The position numbers and the translations under genes are program-made. From Planctomycetota bacterium (GTDB taxonomy: Bacteria; Latescibacterota; UBA2968; UBA8231), in contig JBLHGI010000003.1 in NCBI GenBank assembly GCA_047616505.1, forward strand, positions 1-54,511: a stretch of 54,511 nt of DNA, in the 5' to 3' direction. Shown piece by piece: positions 8,507-18,249 of this stretch; position 1 is the stretch's first letter, and each line of letters starts with the position of its first letter. Under the pieces are notes generated by a model that saw only the letters and a list, made by a program, of their open reading frames with translations, had not been told where the DNA came from and searched no databases.

Positions 8507-11500
8507 TTAGCGCAACAGCATCAACTTTCTAACCTGGCGAAATTCGCGAGCGCTCGCGCCGGAAGCAGTCGCTTCCAACACATAGAAATACACACCGCTG
8601 GCCACACCGCGCCCGCGCTCATTGTGACCATCCCACTCAACGCGATGCACACCGGCTGGCAATTCACCTGCAACCAGTGTCTGCACGACCTGGCCCAGCA
8701 CATCGTAGATCTGCAGCGACACAGGACCAGCTACGGGAAGTTGAAAACGAATCTGGGTCTGCGGGTTAAACGGGTTCGGGAAATTGGGTTCTAAGGCGTA
8801 AGCCAGCGGCACTAAGTGCACCTGCGCAGCCCCGGCGAGCGGTTGTCCCTGTGTTGTATATCCGGCCTGAATAGCGGCAACCTGATCGACGCGGACGAGG
8901 GCTGTAGCAGCGGCCGGCAAGACTTCGAAGACCAAACGCGCCACCACGTCATCGCCGTCTTTACCAACGGCGCTCTCGCCGCGATAGCTGGCCAGACTCA
9001 GAGTCCCCGGCTCGTCTTCCAACACCGCGAACAGCGCCGCAGCTTGTCCTTCGGCGCGCACAAAACGCGCACTGTCCTGCGGGTAGAGCAAACGCAAAGC
9101 CACGCCCTGCCATTGGTGCAATTCAGCGGCGCGCAGCACCACTACAAACCGACCCGCAGCTATCTGGTCCAGCACCAAATCCAATTGCAGCGGCGACGGC
9201 GTCTCCGCTGCGACCACGCGCGAAGAGCGGTAGCGTATGCCGAAAGAATCGATGAAGGAGAAGAAGTCGGCAAAGTCGATCTTGCCATCCTCGTTAAAAT
9301 CGAACTCGGCGCTAAAACCGGCATCGCCACTCTTGCGGCCAAAGCGTTCGGCCAGCATAAAGAAGTCGGCAAAGCCCACTTCGCCATCGCCATCGAGGTC
9401 GCCGCGGCCTTTTAGCTCCACGGCCAAAGCAACTTCAATCGAATTCACACCTTCGTTTCTGGCTACGTCGATAGCGGTAACCCGATAGACGTATTCCGCC
9501 TGTGCGGAAAGACCCTGATCTACATAGGCGACAGCGGCCAATGGCCCAGCCACCTTTGCAAACTGACCTCCCTGCACGGCGCGATAAATATTGTATCCGA
9601 CTACATCCGCCTCTGCCACGGCCTGCCAATTGAGCTGTACTTTACCCGCGCCGAGCGCTTTTGCGCTCAACCCGGTCGGTGCCGCCGGCGGCGTCTTGTC
9701 GGCCACTGTAAGCGTCGTAAAGCTCAGCTCGGCGCTTTCGCTCGGACCGTTGCCAGCCACGTCAACGGAAGCCGCCTTGTAGCGGTAGGTCGTGCCCGGC
9801 TGCAAGTTGGCCAGCACGACGCGATGCGCCAATTCGGCACCGACGCGACCAACTGCGCGATCGAGTGAGCTGCCGCTGCCAAAGGACACAAAGCCGTCCG
9901 CCCCTTCGTCCGTCGTCCAAGCGATCGTAGCAGTACGGTCGCCGAGGGAAACTACCTGCGGAACCGTCGCAATTTGCGGGGCAACCACATCGGCCGTAGC
10001 GGTCGTTGTAAAGTTGAGCGTCTTACTGCGCTTCGGACCGTTCTCACTGGCGTCGACGACGCCGACCTGGTACTCGTAGCGCGTGCTCGGCTCTAAGTTC
10101 GTCAGCTCTACGCTGTGGCGAGTCGCCAACCCCAGGCCGCTGACGCTGGCATTTAACGCACTCTTACCATAGCGAACATCAGACAACGCCGCCTCGTCCG
10201 TCTCCCAAGAGATCGTCGCCGCGTTTTGGCTTAGCGCCACGACCACGGGTGATGCCAGAAGCTGCGGAGGCGAGACATCGGCACCGGCACTCGTCGTAAA
10301 GGAGAAGGACTCGCTCTGGCTGGGTCCATTGCCCACTGGATCGGCCGAACCCACGCGGACGCGATAGGTCTGACCCGGCTCTAGTTCACTGAGTAGTATT
10401 TGGTGTTCAAACTCGTGCTCGGGTATAAAGGCCACTTCGTCGAGTTGCGAACCGTTTTCTATAAAGAGTCGGCTGTCGCCCACTTCGTCCGTCGTCCAGG
10501 CGATCAGCGCCTCGGTATCGCTCTGCGCTATAATGCGCGGACCAGAAACGATGGAAGGTGCCTTAAAGTCGGCTTCCTCGTCCGTGAAAAAGCTGATATC
10601 GCCGGCCTGTACTAATGGCGCAACTACTTTGCCCGCACCGTTCCCACCTATAACCGTCTCGTTGCCGTTGAGATCGCGCAAAACCAGCGTGAAAAAGTAG
10701 TGCGTGCCACGCACCAAACCCGTAATCGTAATATTGTGGTCTTCGTGCGCCGAATCTACCTCGAAAACGTGTTCGGCTGTCGTGCCCAAGGTCTGCTCCG
10801 TACCGAAGCGCACGCGCGCATAGCACGGTTCGTTGGTGCGCCAGAGCAGCGTCGCCGTGCTGTGACTCGACACAATTTCTGGACGGTGCACAATCAACGG
10901 CGGCGTGTTGTCGCGCTCGGCGTCCGTGCGAAAGGTATAGTCGCGCGAAGTGGTTTCGCCGCCGTCTAGCGAACTCGAAATAACGCGAAAGTGATAGAGC
11001 GTGTTCAACTGCAGACCGGACAAGTACACTTGGCGCTCGCGTACGAATTCGGGACTTTCTACGCGCTCCCCATAACTATCCGTTATACCATACTCGATGG
11101 CGCTATCTGCGGGCTTGTTAGTGTGCCATTTGATCAACGCCGAATTTTGCGTCACCTTGCGCACGCTCAACTGGCTTATGTGCGGCGGTTGAATATTCTC
11201 TATGGCTTCTGTTCTAAAAGTCAGGTCGCGGCTAAGCGTTGGACCGTTACCCGCCGCATCCAACGAAGAAACCTGAAAATGATAGTTCGTATTAGCTTCG
11301 AGATTAGCCAGCGTTACGCGGTGCACAAATTTTAGTTGATCGGAAATTACTTCTAAACCGTAATTCGTATCCGTGCCGTATTCGACGGTGCCTTCGGCCA
11401 GTTCGTTGGTGCGCCATTCGATAATGGCCGAATCGTGTGTGCGTGCCACCACCGCCGGCCCGGCGTAAATGACGGGCGGCGTGTCGTCGGCTGTGGGTCG

Positions 11501-13849
11501 CGTGCTAAAGCTGAAGTTGTCGCTCTGAGACGGACCGTTGCCAAAGGCATCCGTCGATGCCACACGCCCCTGATACGTCGTGCCCGACTCTAAGCCGGTG
11601 ATGATCACGACATGGTGTTGTACTAATTCGATGTCGCCAGCTTGGCGGTCATAATTGGTCGTAGTGCCAAAATCGACGCGACTATCGCTGGCCTCATTAG
11701 TACGCCAAGACACCGTAACCGCATTGTGCGAGCGGTCGATAACAGACGGCACGCTTTCGATGACGGGAGCCTGCGTGTCGCGCAGCGAAGCCGTTTTGAA
11801 GGTGAAATTTTTACTGCGCTTCGGGCCATTGCCCTCTAAGTCGACCATTTGGATGCGTGCGTGATAGGTCGTATTCGGCGTCAACCCTGTGAGCGTCACG
11901 CTGTGTTCGCGCTCAAATTCGGGAATGTCGACGCTGCGACCATAGTCGCCATTGCGTCCAAATTCTATGCGGCCATTGGACGGCTCATCCACCTCCCAGC
12001 CGATCGTAACACGATCCGTGCCGCGAAAGATTACGTAGGGCTTGCGCACAATGCCCGGCGGTCGCACATCGGGATTGCCGCGGGTGACAAACGTATCGTC
12101 CGTACTCTGTACTTCGTTGCCGCTGGCATCGACTGAAGCGGCCTGAAAGTGATAGAGTGTCTGCGCCTCTAACGGCGTTAGCAGTACCCTGTGGTGCTGC
12201 ACCAACTCGTCGCTGGCAGCGAATCGACCATAGGATTCACTGGAGCCATAGTTGACTCGACTAGTCGTTGGTTTGCTCGTGCGCCACTCGATCAGCGCTT
12301 TGAAAGGCGTGCGCAGCGTGACCTTGGGGCTGCTAGTGATAACAGGCGGGCGGTCGTTATTGCCCAACGTGCGGAAAAATCCTCTGCGCAGCGTAGAGGC
12401 ATTACCAGCCGAGTCCGAAGAGCGCACACGATAATAATAGGTCGTACTTGCATCGAGATTTTCCAGCCAAACAGAGTGGCGGAAGACGAACTCATTGATC
12501 ACTAGGCGCTCGGCACCTTGGAAGTCCTCATCCGTACCAAACTCCACGAAACTATTGGACGGCTCATCCGTAGTCCACTGAATCAATGCCCGGTTTTTCG
12601 CCGGCGTAGCCTGTGGACCTTTGACGATGACCGGGGGTTCGTCGTCGGGACGTGCGCGCGTTATGAAGAATCCGCCCTTCCACGCCGAGTTGTTGCCGTC
12701 GTCGTCGGCAGAGCGCATGCGATAGATATAAAAGGTCAGCGGTGAGAGACCTGTTAGCGGCACCCGGTGGTCGATAACTAAGTCTTCTTGCACAAGCGAA
12801 GTGCACTCGGCGATAAGCGGAAAGTGCGATGCAGCATTATCACCAAAATGTGGCATCTCGCCACGATGTAACCAGCGCAACACGGTTTCACCGTCGTCGC
12901 CGTTGCCGAGTTCGTTTAGATCTCTCAGTTCTTCCACAAAGAGGCGAATAATCTCGTCTTCGTTGGCCAAGATCGGACGGATGCTCAGACCACAGTACTG
13001 GACCTGACTATTGCTTTCTTCGTTGGTCTTCCAATACGCCGTACCCGAGTTGTGGCCGATACCGAGTACGATGGGCCCCTCGATAATTTCCGGTGGACGC
13101 TGGTCGGGATTGACCGTTATATATCCTTCTTTGCTCTCGGTATTATTGCCGGCACTATTGGCCACCGTCAGCGCTACAGTATAGGTTCCTCGCGCCTGAT
13201 AGACATGTACTGGGTTCTGCTCGCTACTAGTATCGCCGTCTCCAAAGTCCCAAGCGTAGGTCTCTATATCCCCAGAAGACTGGTCTGTAAAATTCACTTC
13301 CAGCGGCGCAATACCCTCTTGCGGGATCGCTGTGAAATCGGCCTTTATACGCTCGCCTACTACGGTCAACGATCCATTGGTGATGGTGGCCTTGGGCTCG
13401 CCGTTGTTGAGTAATACCTTTTGTATACTAAGAGCAGAGGTCGAGCCGATAGGGGCATCTGTGGCAACTTCAATCTCTATATAAAAGAACGTGCCGTCGC
13501 TAGTGATCTTGTCGCGCGCCGTCGCGGCACCGATAAGTACCTGTCCTTCACTGGCATCACCTTCCGGTAATTGGCGCACATTGGCGGCAACAATCCAGCT
13601 AGCCGATAGCGATCCCGTGCGGCTAACATCGACTCTGTCCAACAATATTACACTAGCGTCAAAACGCATGTCCATATTGCTAGAAAATATTTCGTCACCA
13701 GCGGCCAGCGCGCTAATCTGCACTGGCACGCGCACTTTCTCACCGGGTGCCGCCGTCACTTCCGGCAGGCTGATCTGCACTGCTTCCAGTGCGGGGGCAG
13801 TTAGCAGCAGCGCCATAAAGGCGCTGGCCAACCATCTCAAAGTCACCAT
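8507..13849 (-). CDS. Secreted cohesin + PKD + 12 FN3-like domains + EF-hand dockerin + cohesin-like + FlgD-Ig/T9SS-like CTD protein
   Basis: GGAGG before ATG 13849; PKD YAWDFGDG...NPVHVY; eleven D..PP.I...W.T[DN]E...H.V.L..L...T.Y repeats plus one classic FN3; GDLDGDGEVGFADFF / DFNEDGKIDFADFF; NFPNPFN...KLMLLR. Confidence 0.9.
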   Translation of the reverse strand: MVTLRWLASAFMALLLTAPALEAVQISLPEVTAAPGEKVRVPVQISALAAGDEIFSSNMDMRFDASVILLDRVDVSRTGSLSASWIVAANVRQLPEGDASEGQVLIGAATARDKITSDGTFFYIEIEVATDAPIGSTSALSIQKVLLNNGEPKATITNGSLTVVGERIKADFTAIPQEGIAPLEVNFTDQSSGDIETYAWDFGDGDTSSEQNPVHVYQARGTYTVALTVANSAGNNTESKEGYITVNPDQRPPEIIEGPIVLGIGHNSGTAYWKTNEESNSQVQYCGLSIRPILANEDEIIRLFVEELRDLNELGNGDDGETVLRWLHRGEMPHFGDNAASHFPLIAECTSLVQEDLVIDHRVPLTGLSPLTFYIYRMRSADDDGNNSAWKGGFFITRARPDDEPPVIVKGPQATPAKNRALIQWTTDEPSNSFVEFGTDEDFQGAERLVINEFVFRHSVWLENLDASTTYYYRVRSSDSAGNASTLRRGFFRTLGNNDRPPVITSSPKVTLRTPFKALIEWRTSKPTTSRVNYGSSESYGRFAASDELVQHHRVLLTPLEAQTLYHFQAASVDASGNEVQSTDDTFVTRGNPDVRPPGIVRKPYVIFRGTDRVTIGWEVDEPSNGRIEFGRNGDYGRSVDIPEFEREHSVTLTGLTPNTTYHARIQMVDLEGNGPKRSKNFTFKTASLRDTQAPVIESVPSVIDRSHNAVTVSWRTNEASDSRVDFGTTTNYDRQAGDIELVQHHVVIITGLESGTTYQGRVASTDAFGNGPSQSDNFSFSTRPTADDTPPVIYAGPAVVARTHDSAIIEWRTNELAEGTVEYGTDTNYGLEVISDQLKFVHRVTLANLEANTNYHFQVSSLDAAGNGPTLSRDLTFRTEAIENIQPPHISQLSVRKVTQNSALIKWHTNKPADSAIEYGITDSYGERVESPEFVRERQVYLSGLQLNTLYHFRVISSSLDGGETTSRDYTFRTDAERDNTPPLIVHRPEIVSSHSTATLLWRTNEPCYARVRFGTEQTLGTTAEHVFEVDSAHEDHNITITGLVRGTHYFFTLVLRDLNGNETVIGGNGAGKVVAPLVQAGDISFFTDEEADFKAPSIVSGPRIIAQSDTEALIAWTTDEVGDSRLFIENGSQLDEVAFIPEHEFEHQILLSELEPGQTYRVRVGSADPVGNGPSQSESFSFTTSAGADVSPPQLLASPVVVALSQNAATISWETDEAALSDVRYGKSALNASVSGLGLATRHSVELTNLEPSTRYEYQVGVVDASENGPKRSKTLNFTTTATADVVAPQIATVPQVVSLGDRTATIAWTTDEGADGFVSFGSGSSLDRAVGRVGAELAHRVVLANLQPGTTYRYKAASVDVAGNGPSESAELSFTTLTVADKTPPAAPTGLSAKALGAGKVQLNWQAVAEADVVGYNIYRAVQGGQFAKVAGPLAAVAYVDQGLSAQAEYVYRVTAIDVARNEGVNSIEVALAVELKGRGDLDGDGEVGFADFFMLAERFGRKSGDAGFSAEFDFNEDGKIDFADFFSFIDSFGIRYRSSRVVAAETPSPLQLDLVLDQIAAGRFVVVLRAAELHQWQGVALRLLYPQDSARFVRAEGQAAALFAVLEDEPGTLSLASYRGESAVGKDGDDVVARLVFEVLPAAATALVRVDQVAAIQAGYTTQGQPLAGAAQVHLVPLAYALEPNFPNPFNPQTQIRFQLPVAGPVSLQIYDVLGQVVQTLVAGELPAGVHRVEWDGHNERGRGVASGVYFYVLEATASGASAREFRQVRKLMLLR

Positions 13850-13961
13850 ATATCCTCCGACTCGCTGCATAGTCTCTCGCTACAATATAATATATCGGGA
13901 AGGGTAACTCCAAGGGGCAGTGCACGCGGCTTTCGCACGCGTTTTTTACTCTGATCAAGCG

Positions 13962-13999
13962 GAAGAAGGGGTAGGGGCTCTTGCACCCACCCCTTCTTC
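13962..13999 (-). terminator. Strong intergenic stem-loop after the 1297-aa gene (terminator or mRNA-stabilising hairpin)
   Basis: Minus strand gaagaaggggtgggtgc-aaga-gcccctaccccttcttc, about 17-bp stem, no clear U-tract. Confidence 0.6.
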
Positions 14000-14029
14000 G
14001 TTGTCTTACTTACCGTTGTGGTAGGATCG

Positions 14030-17000
14030 TTAGCGCAGCAGCGTCATCTTGCGCGTCTGCGCAAAATTGCCAGCTTCGATGCGATAGAAGTAGAGACCAC
14101 TCGCCACCGCGTGGCCCAGGTCATTGCGTGCATCCCACTGCACCGTGTACTGACCCACTGTCTGCATACCGTCGACTAACGTGCGCACCTTTTGGCCCAG
14201 CATGTCGTAGACTTCTAGCTTGACCTGCGCCGCTTCTGGCAACGCATAGCGCAACGAAGTCTCCGGGTTAAACGGGTTGGGCCAGTTGGCCGAGAGGTTG
14301 AAGGCCTTGGGCTGCTGGACGATGTGCAGTGCCTCAACCGGAGTAGCACCGATCTGACCGCCGTTGAGCGAAGCCACCTCGATGCGCGGCGACTCGCCGC
14401 CGGCGCCCAACACTTCCAGTTCTACTCTGAGGATGGCACCTTCACCTGCAGCATGCGACTGAGCACCTGCCATAGCAATCAACAGCTCGCCTTCAGCCGC
14501 GTTGGTGGCGACGAGATAGTCGGCCGTATTCGCCGTGTTCTTGACGCCGAGCACGCGGTAGGCCTGCGGGTCATAAGAAATCCTGAACTGGCCCGAAAGC
14601 ACGTCGCGAGTCTCGTCGAGCACGATCGGTAAACTCATGCGCGCGCCCTGCTGCTGCGGCTGACCAAAAGAAATCAGGCGCTCGTCGACGATTTTCTTAT
14701 AGGGGTGCGGGTTGGGAACACCAATCTGCACCGGAAAGGTGTTGATGATCCCGACTACGTATTGCAGCACCTTGGTGGCGTCGAAGGCGGTGATATTGCT
14801 GCTGTCGAAGGGATTGTCACCCGAGCTGGCATCGACGTTGGCCACTGCCTCTTGATACGAGTTAAAGGTGATAAACGTAATCGAACGCTGTAGGATCTGC
14901 GAAGCATCCAACGCGCCGAGTTTGTTGTTATCCGAAGTATCACCCCAGAGCACGCCCTGCACCGTAGCATCAATATCCTGCGGACCGCCGGTAATGTCGG
15001 ATACATCGGCATAACGGACAGTGAGATTATCGTGAGCACTGACCTGAATCGTGCCGTCGCCAGAAGTGGCACTACCGCTACCCGTCGTGGCCGGCGGCGT
15101 GGCGCGGAAGATACCGGTGTTGATGCCGGTCTCCGTCAGCGTAATCGTCTCGACGTCGCCGTTGGTATTATTGGTAACTGTAGCCGTAGCCGTCTCGGCA
15201 GCCGTGGAGCTGACGTTAAGATCGGAATCCGTGACCTGAATACGCAGACCGTCGCCCGACTGGATATCCGAGCTGGCCACAATCACACCCGTGTTGCCGC
15301 CGAGCACGTCGACCGCTGGTGTAGACGTGCGCGTTATGGCGCTGCCGCCCGACGTTACCAAATCGACGTAGTCGACCACGATAGAATCACCGGCTTTGAC
15401 GTCCAGCGGAGCACCGCTTGTCGTCGCCCCAGAGGTAAAGGCCGTAGCAATCGTGCCCGTAAAGTTATTTCCAGTGCCCGTGGCATTCAGCGTCAATGCT
15501 ATGCTCTCGCCACGCGTCGAGCGCACGGTTACCTGCACTGTGCCGCTATTGCCCAAGTCAGCATCCTGCACTGTAACCGTGACGCTTTCACCCGCGTTGA
15601 TCGAAGCAGACGCAGTGGATACCGTGCCGTCACCGCCGCCGACAACACTGATATTGCTCGAAGTTATCGTCGAACTGCCGCCCGAAGCGTTGAGATTGTC
15701 GACGTAGTCGATGACGACTACGTCGTTTACCGCCACGCCGAGCGTGCCATTATTATTGTTGCCCGAGCTACCCGCACCGGAGAAAGCCGTGTTGATCGAG
15801 CCGGTAAACGTGCCGCTGCCCGCCGGGTCTTCCGTCAGCGTGACATCTTCCGTCTCGCCGCTGTTCGCGTTGCGCACCGTAACAATGAGTATGCCGGAAC
15901 CGTTGACACGCGTGTCCTCAGCAATGTCCAAATCCGTCAGCGAAATGCTCAGCACATCGGCGACGGAGATCGAAGCGGGCACGCTGTTGAAGGCGCCGTT
16001 GGTGGCGGTGATGGAGAGAACGTTATTTTCCGGCGTGCCACTACCACCGATCAAGTCGTCGTAGTCGACGATGATCTGGTCGCCAGGCTGCACGTTGAGC
16101 GTGCCATCGCCCTGGCTACCCGGTGCTCCGGAACTCGGTACCACAGCCACGAAGATTCCGCTATTAACCGGCGTCTCTATCAGTGTAATCGTTTCCTTTT
16201 CGACGATGCCGCCAGCACGTTTGACAATCACTTCGACGATAATCGAACCAAAGCCCGTCAAGTCAGCATCCGTAACGACGACCGTCACATCACCGCCGGC
16301 GTTCACGGTCGGCGGAGCAGTGACCACGGTGCCAGTAACACCTGTATCAATTGTAATATTCGAAGAGGTTATCGTAGAAGCACCACCCGAAGAATTCAGC
16401 GGGTCGCTGTATTCAATGACGACTACATCGTTCGGCTTGACACCCAACGTGCCATTGCCCGAAGCCGGCGAAGTGCCGTCATCATAAATGGTGGCAACCG
16501 AGACCGTAAAAGTACCGCTGCCCGCCGGGTCTTCCGTCAACGTGACGACTTCCGTTTCGCTAGTCGTCGTATTGCGCGCCGTAGCACTAACGGAGGCGGC
16601 ACCGCTGATACGCGTGCCAGCGCCGAGATCTGAATCCGTCAGCGAAACTACAATCGACTGCGCAACCTCAACTACGCTCGGCACCGTGAAAGAACCGCTC
16701 GTCGCCGTGATCGAAGATACACCCGCCACCGGAGCGCCCGTGCTACCCACTGGATCATCGTAGCTCACAATAATCTGATCACCGTCTTGCACATTGAGCG
16801 TGCCATTGCCCGCACTGCCCGCTGCGGACGAAGTTGATGCGATCACTGTGCCCACACCCGAACCGTTAAAAACTACCGCGTAGGTTTCCGTATCTATAAT
16901 CGTAATGCCAGAAGCGTTGATGCGACGCACGCTAACGGTGACCTGACCGCTCTGATTGGCCTGGTCGGCGTCCGTCACCGTAATCGTCACATTGCTGCCT

Positions 17001-17923
17001 GCGCTGACCGAAGAAGGCGACGTACTTACCGTACCATCGACACCGGCGACGACATCAATCAAATCCGTCACTGTCGTGCCCGCGTCACCGCTAGCATCAA
17101 AACCGTCGGTGTATTCGCCTTCTAAATCATCAGTCGGTTCAACTTCAAACTTGCCACCTGCAATACCGGTCGTGCCATAAGTCGTGCTGAACCCGCCCGT
17201 AAAGACCGCCGTGTTTAGGCCCGTCTCCGTCAGCATGACCGTCTGCGTTTCTTTGGTTACTGCGCCGCTGTCCTTGCTGCGAAGCGTAACGTTGACCGTC
17301 TCTGCCGCACCGGATGAGGTGTTCAGATCGGCATCCGTCAGCGTCACCAACACACTCTCGCTGGGGCGCACTGGATTCGGCGTCAGCGTCAACGCACCCG
17401 TCACACCCTCGAGCTTAACCGAACCACTCGTCGCCGTAACAGCCGCTTCATTTAAATCCGCCAACGTCAGCGTCAGCGCCGAAGAAGTCGGCGAATTCGC
17501 GGCGGCAGCTTGAAAATTTATAGTGAATAAGGAGGAAGTCCCCGAAGTCGGCAGTGCCGAGCTACTCGAAGCCGCCGCCGCCGAGATGCGCAGCTCCTTG
17601 GTCGTGCCCGAAATGGTGACGATGTTTTGCTCAAGGATCCAGCCGTCAGTGTCAAAACCCAATTGCTGAATGGCAGAAGCTCCCGTGCCAAAGACTTCTA
17701 TAACGCTGCTATCGTATTGCAGCGTTATATCGACACCGACGATACCCGCACCGGCATCGGTCACGGAAATGGGTACCATGCCCGTCTGGCCTTGTGCAAT
17801 TCCAAAATCGGTCGGCGCAGAAATGGTAGCTGCATCTGCCTGGGCGATACTGAGCATCCAGATCATCAGTGCGGCGGCCCATAGGGGGAGAGCCAGCGTG
17901 CGCTTGGTGGCCGCGTGCTTCAT
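14030..17923 (-). CDS. Large secreted cohesin + 7 Ig-like repeats + dockerin + cohesin + FlgD-Ig/T9SS-like CTD protein
   Basis: AGGAG before ATG 17923 (MKHAATKR signal peptide); cohesin (ITLQYDSSVI); seven ~115-aa Ser/Thr/Gly-rich repeats V.[VL]TD.D...G[DN]GTL.V...D...V.Y.D; dockerin WGDTSDNNKLGALDASQIL...ITAFDATKVLQYVVG; second cohesin (ISYDPQAY); NWPNPFN...KMTLLR. Confidence 0.9.
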   Translation of the reverse strand: MKHAATKRTLALPLWAAALMIWMLSIAQADAATISAPTDFGIAQGQTGMVPISVTDAGAGIVGVDITLQYDSSVIEVFGTGASAIQQLGFDTDGWILEQNIVTISGTTKELRISAAAASSSSALPTSGTSSLFTINFQAAAANSPTSSALTLTLADLNEAAVTATSGSVKLEGVTGALTLTPNPVRPSESVLVTLTDADLNTSSGAAETVNVTLRSKDSGAVTKETQTVMLTETGLNTAVFTGGFSTTYGTTGIAGGKFEVEPTDDLEGEYTDGFDASGDAGTTVTDLIDVVAGVDGTVSTSPSSVSAGSNVTITVTDADQANQSGQVTVSVRRINASGITIIDTETYAVVFNGSGVGTVIASTSSAAGSAGNGTLNVQDGDQIIVSYDDPVGSTGAPVAGVSSITATSGSFTVPSVVEVAQSIVVSLTDSDLGAGTRISGAASVSATARNTTTSETEVVTLTEDPAGSGTFTVSVATIYDDGTSPASGNGTLGVKPNDVVVIEYSDPLNSSGGASTITSSNITIDTGVTGTVVTAPPTVNAGGDVTVVVTDADLTGFGSIIVEVIVKRAGGIVEKETITLIETPVNSGIFVAVVPSSGAPGSQGDGTLNVQPGDQIIVDYDDLIGGSGTPENNVLSITATNGAFNSVPASISVADVLSISLTDLDIAEDTRVNGSGILIVTVRNANSGETEDVTLTEDPAGSGTFTGSINTAFSGAGSSGNNNNGTLGVAVNDVVVIDYVDNLNASGGSSTITSSNISVVGGGDGTVSTASASINAGESVTVTVQDADLGNSGTVQVTVRSTRGESIALTLNATGTGNNFTGTIATAFTSGATTSGAPLDVKAGDSIVVDYVDLVTSGGSAITRTSTPAVDVLGGNTGVIVASSDIQSGDGLRIQVTDSDLNVSSTAAETATATVTNNTNGDVETITLTETGINTGIFRATPPATTGSGSATSGDGTIQVSAHDNLTVRYADVSDITGGPQDIDATVQGVLWGDTSDNNKLGALDASQILQRSITFITFNSYQEAVANVDASSGDNPFDSSNITAFDATKVLQYVVGIINTFPVQIGVPNPHPYKKIVDERLISFGQPQQQGARMSLPIVLDETRDVLSGQFRISYDPQAYRVLGVKNTANTADYLVATNAAEGELLIAMAGAQSHAAGEGAILRVELEVLGAGGESPRIEVASLNGGQIGATPVEALHIVQQPKAFNLSANWPNPFNPETSLRYALPEAAQVKLEVYDMLGQKVRTLVDGMQTVGQYTVQWDARNDLGHAVASGLYFYRIEAGNFAQTRKMTLLR

Positions 17924-17980
17924 CGGAGATCTCCTGAAAAAGTTATACACTATGGTGAATATTTATCTACTAATATTCTG

Positions 17981-18008
17981 AATATACTCTTTCACAAATG
18001 AAAAGCAA
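17981..18008 (-). promoter_or_regulatory. Candidate sigma70 promoter for the cohesin-dockerin cluster
   Basis: TTGCTT-16 nt-TATATT on the minus strand within a very AT-rich divergent intergenic region. Confidence 0.35.
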
Positions 18009-18147
18009 GAAAAAGATAAGTTGTTTTGCCAATTGATAAAAAGATATTTTTGTGTTTTTTTTTCATCAAATTTATCTATAATTATATAAGAAATAGATAA
18101 ATTATTTGCTTTTTTACCTCTTTTTCTTAGATTGGGGCTAATCTATT

Positions 18148-18176
18148 TTGACTTTCTGCTAAAATATGAATATGGT
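18148..18176 (+). promoter_or_regulatory. Candidate sigma70 promoter for the response regulator pair
   Basis: TTGACT-17 nt-TATGGT. Confidence 0.55.
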
Positions 18177-18249
18177 AAGTCCCAGTTAATTCAGATTTTA
18201 GCTTCCTACACCCCGCGTAGTGATCCTCCTCGTGCGCACAGAAAGACTT

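Noticed and set aside
15032-16633. 533-aa plus-strand ORF and similar long antisense ORFs (4143-4835, 45994-46851)
   Set aside because: Shadow frames opposite well-supported genes, with biased composition and no motifs
3249-17923. Classical cellulosome
   Set aside because: No glycoside hydrolase, lyase or esterase domain recognised and no multi-cohesin scaffoldin array
17950-18220. AT-rich tract as replication origin or foreign island
   Set aside because: No DnaA-box cluster or mobility genes seen; adequately explained as a divergent promoter region
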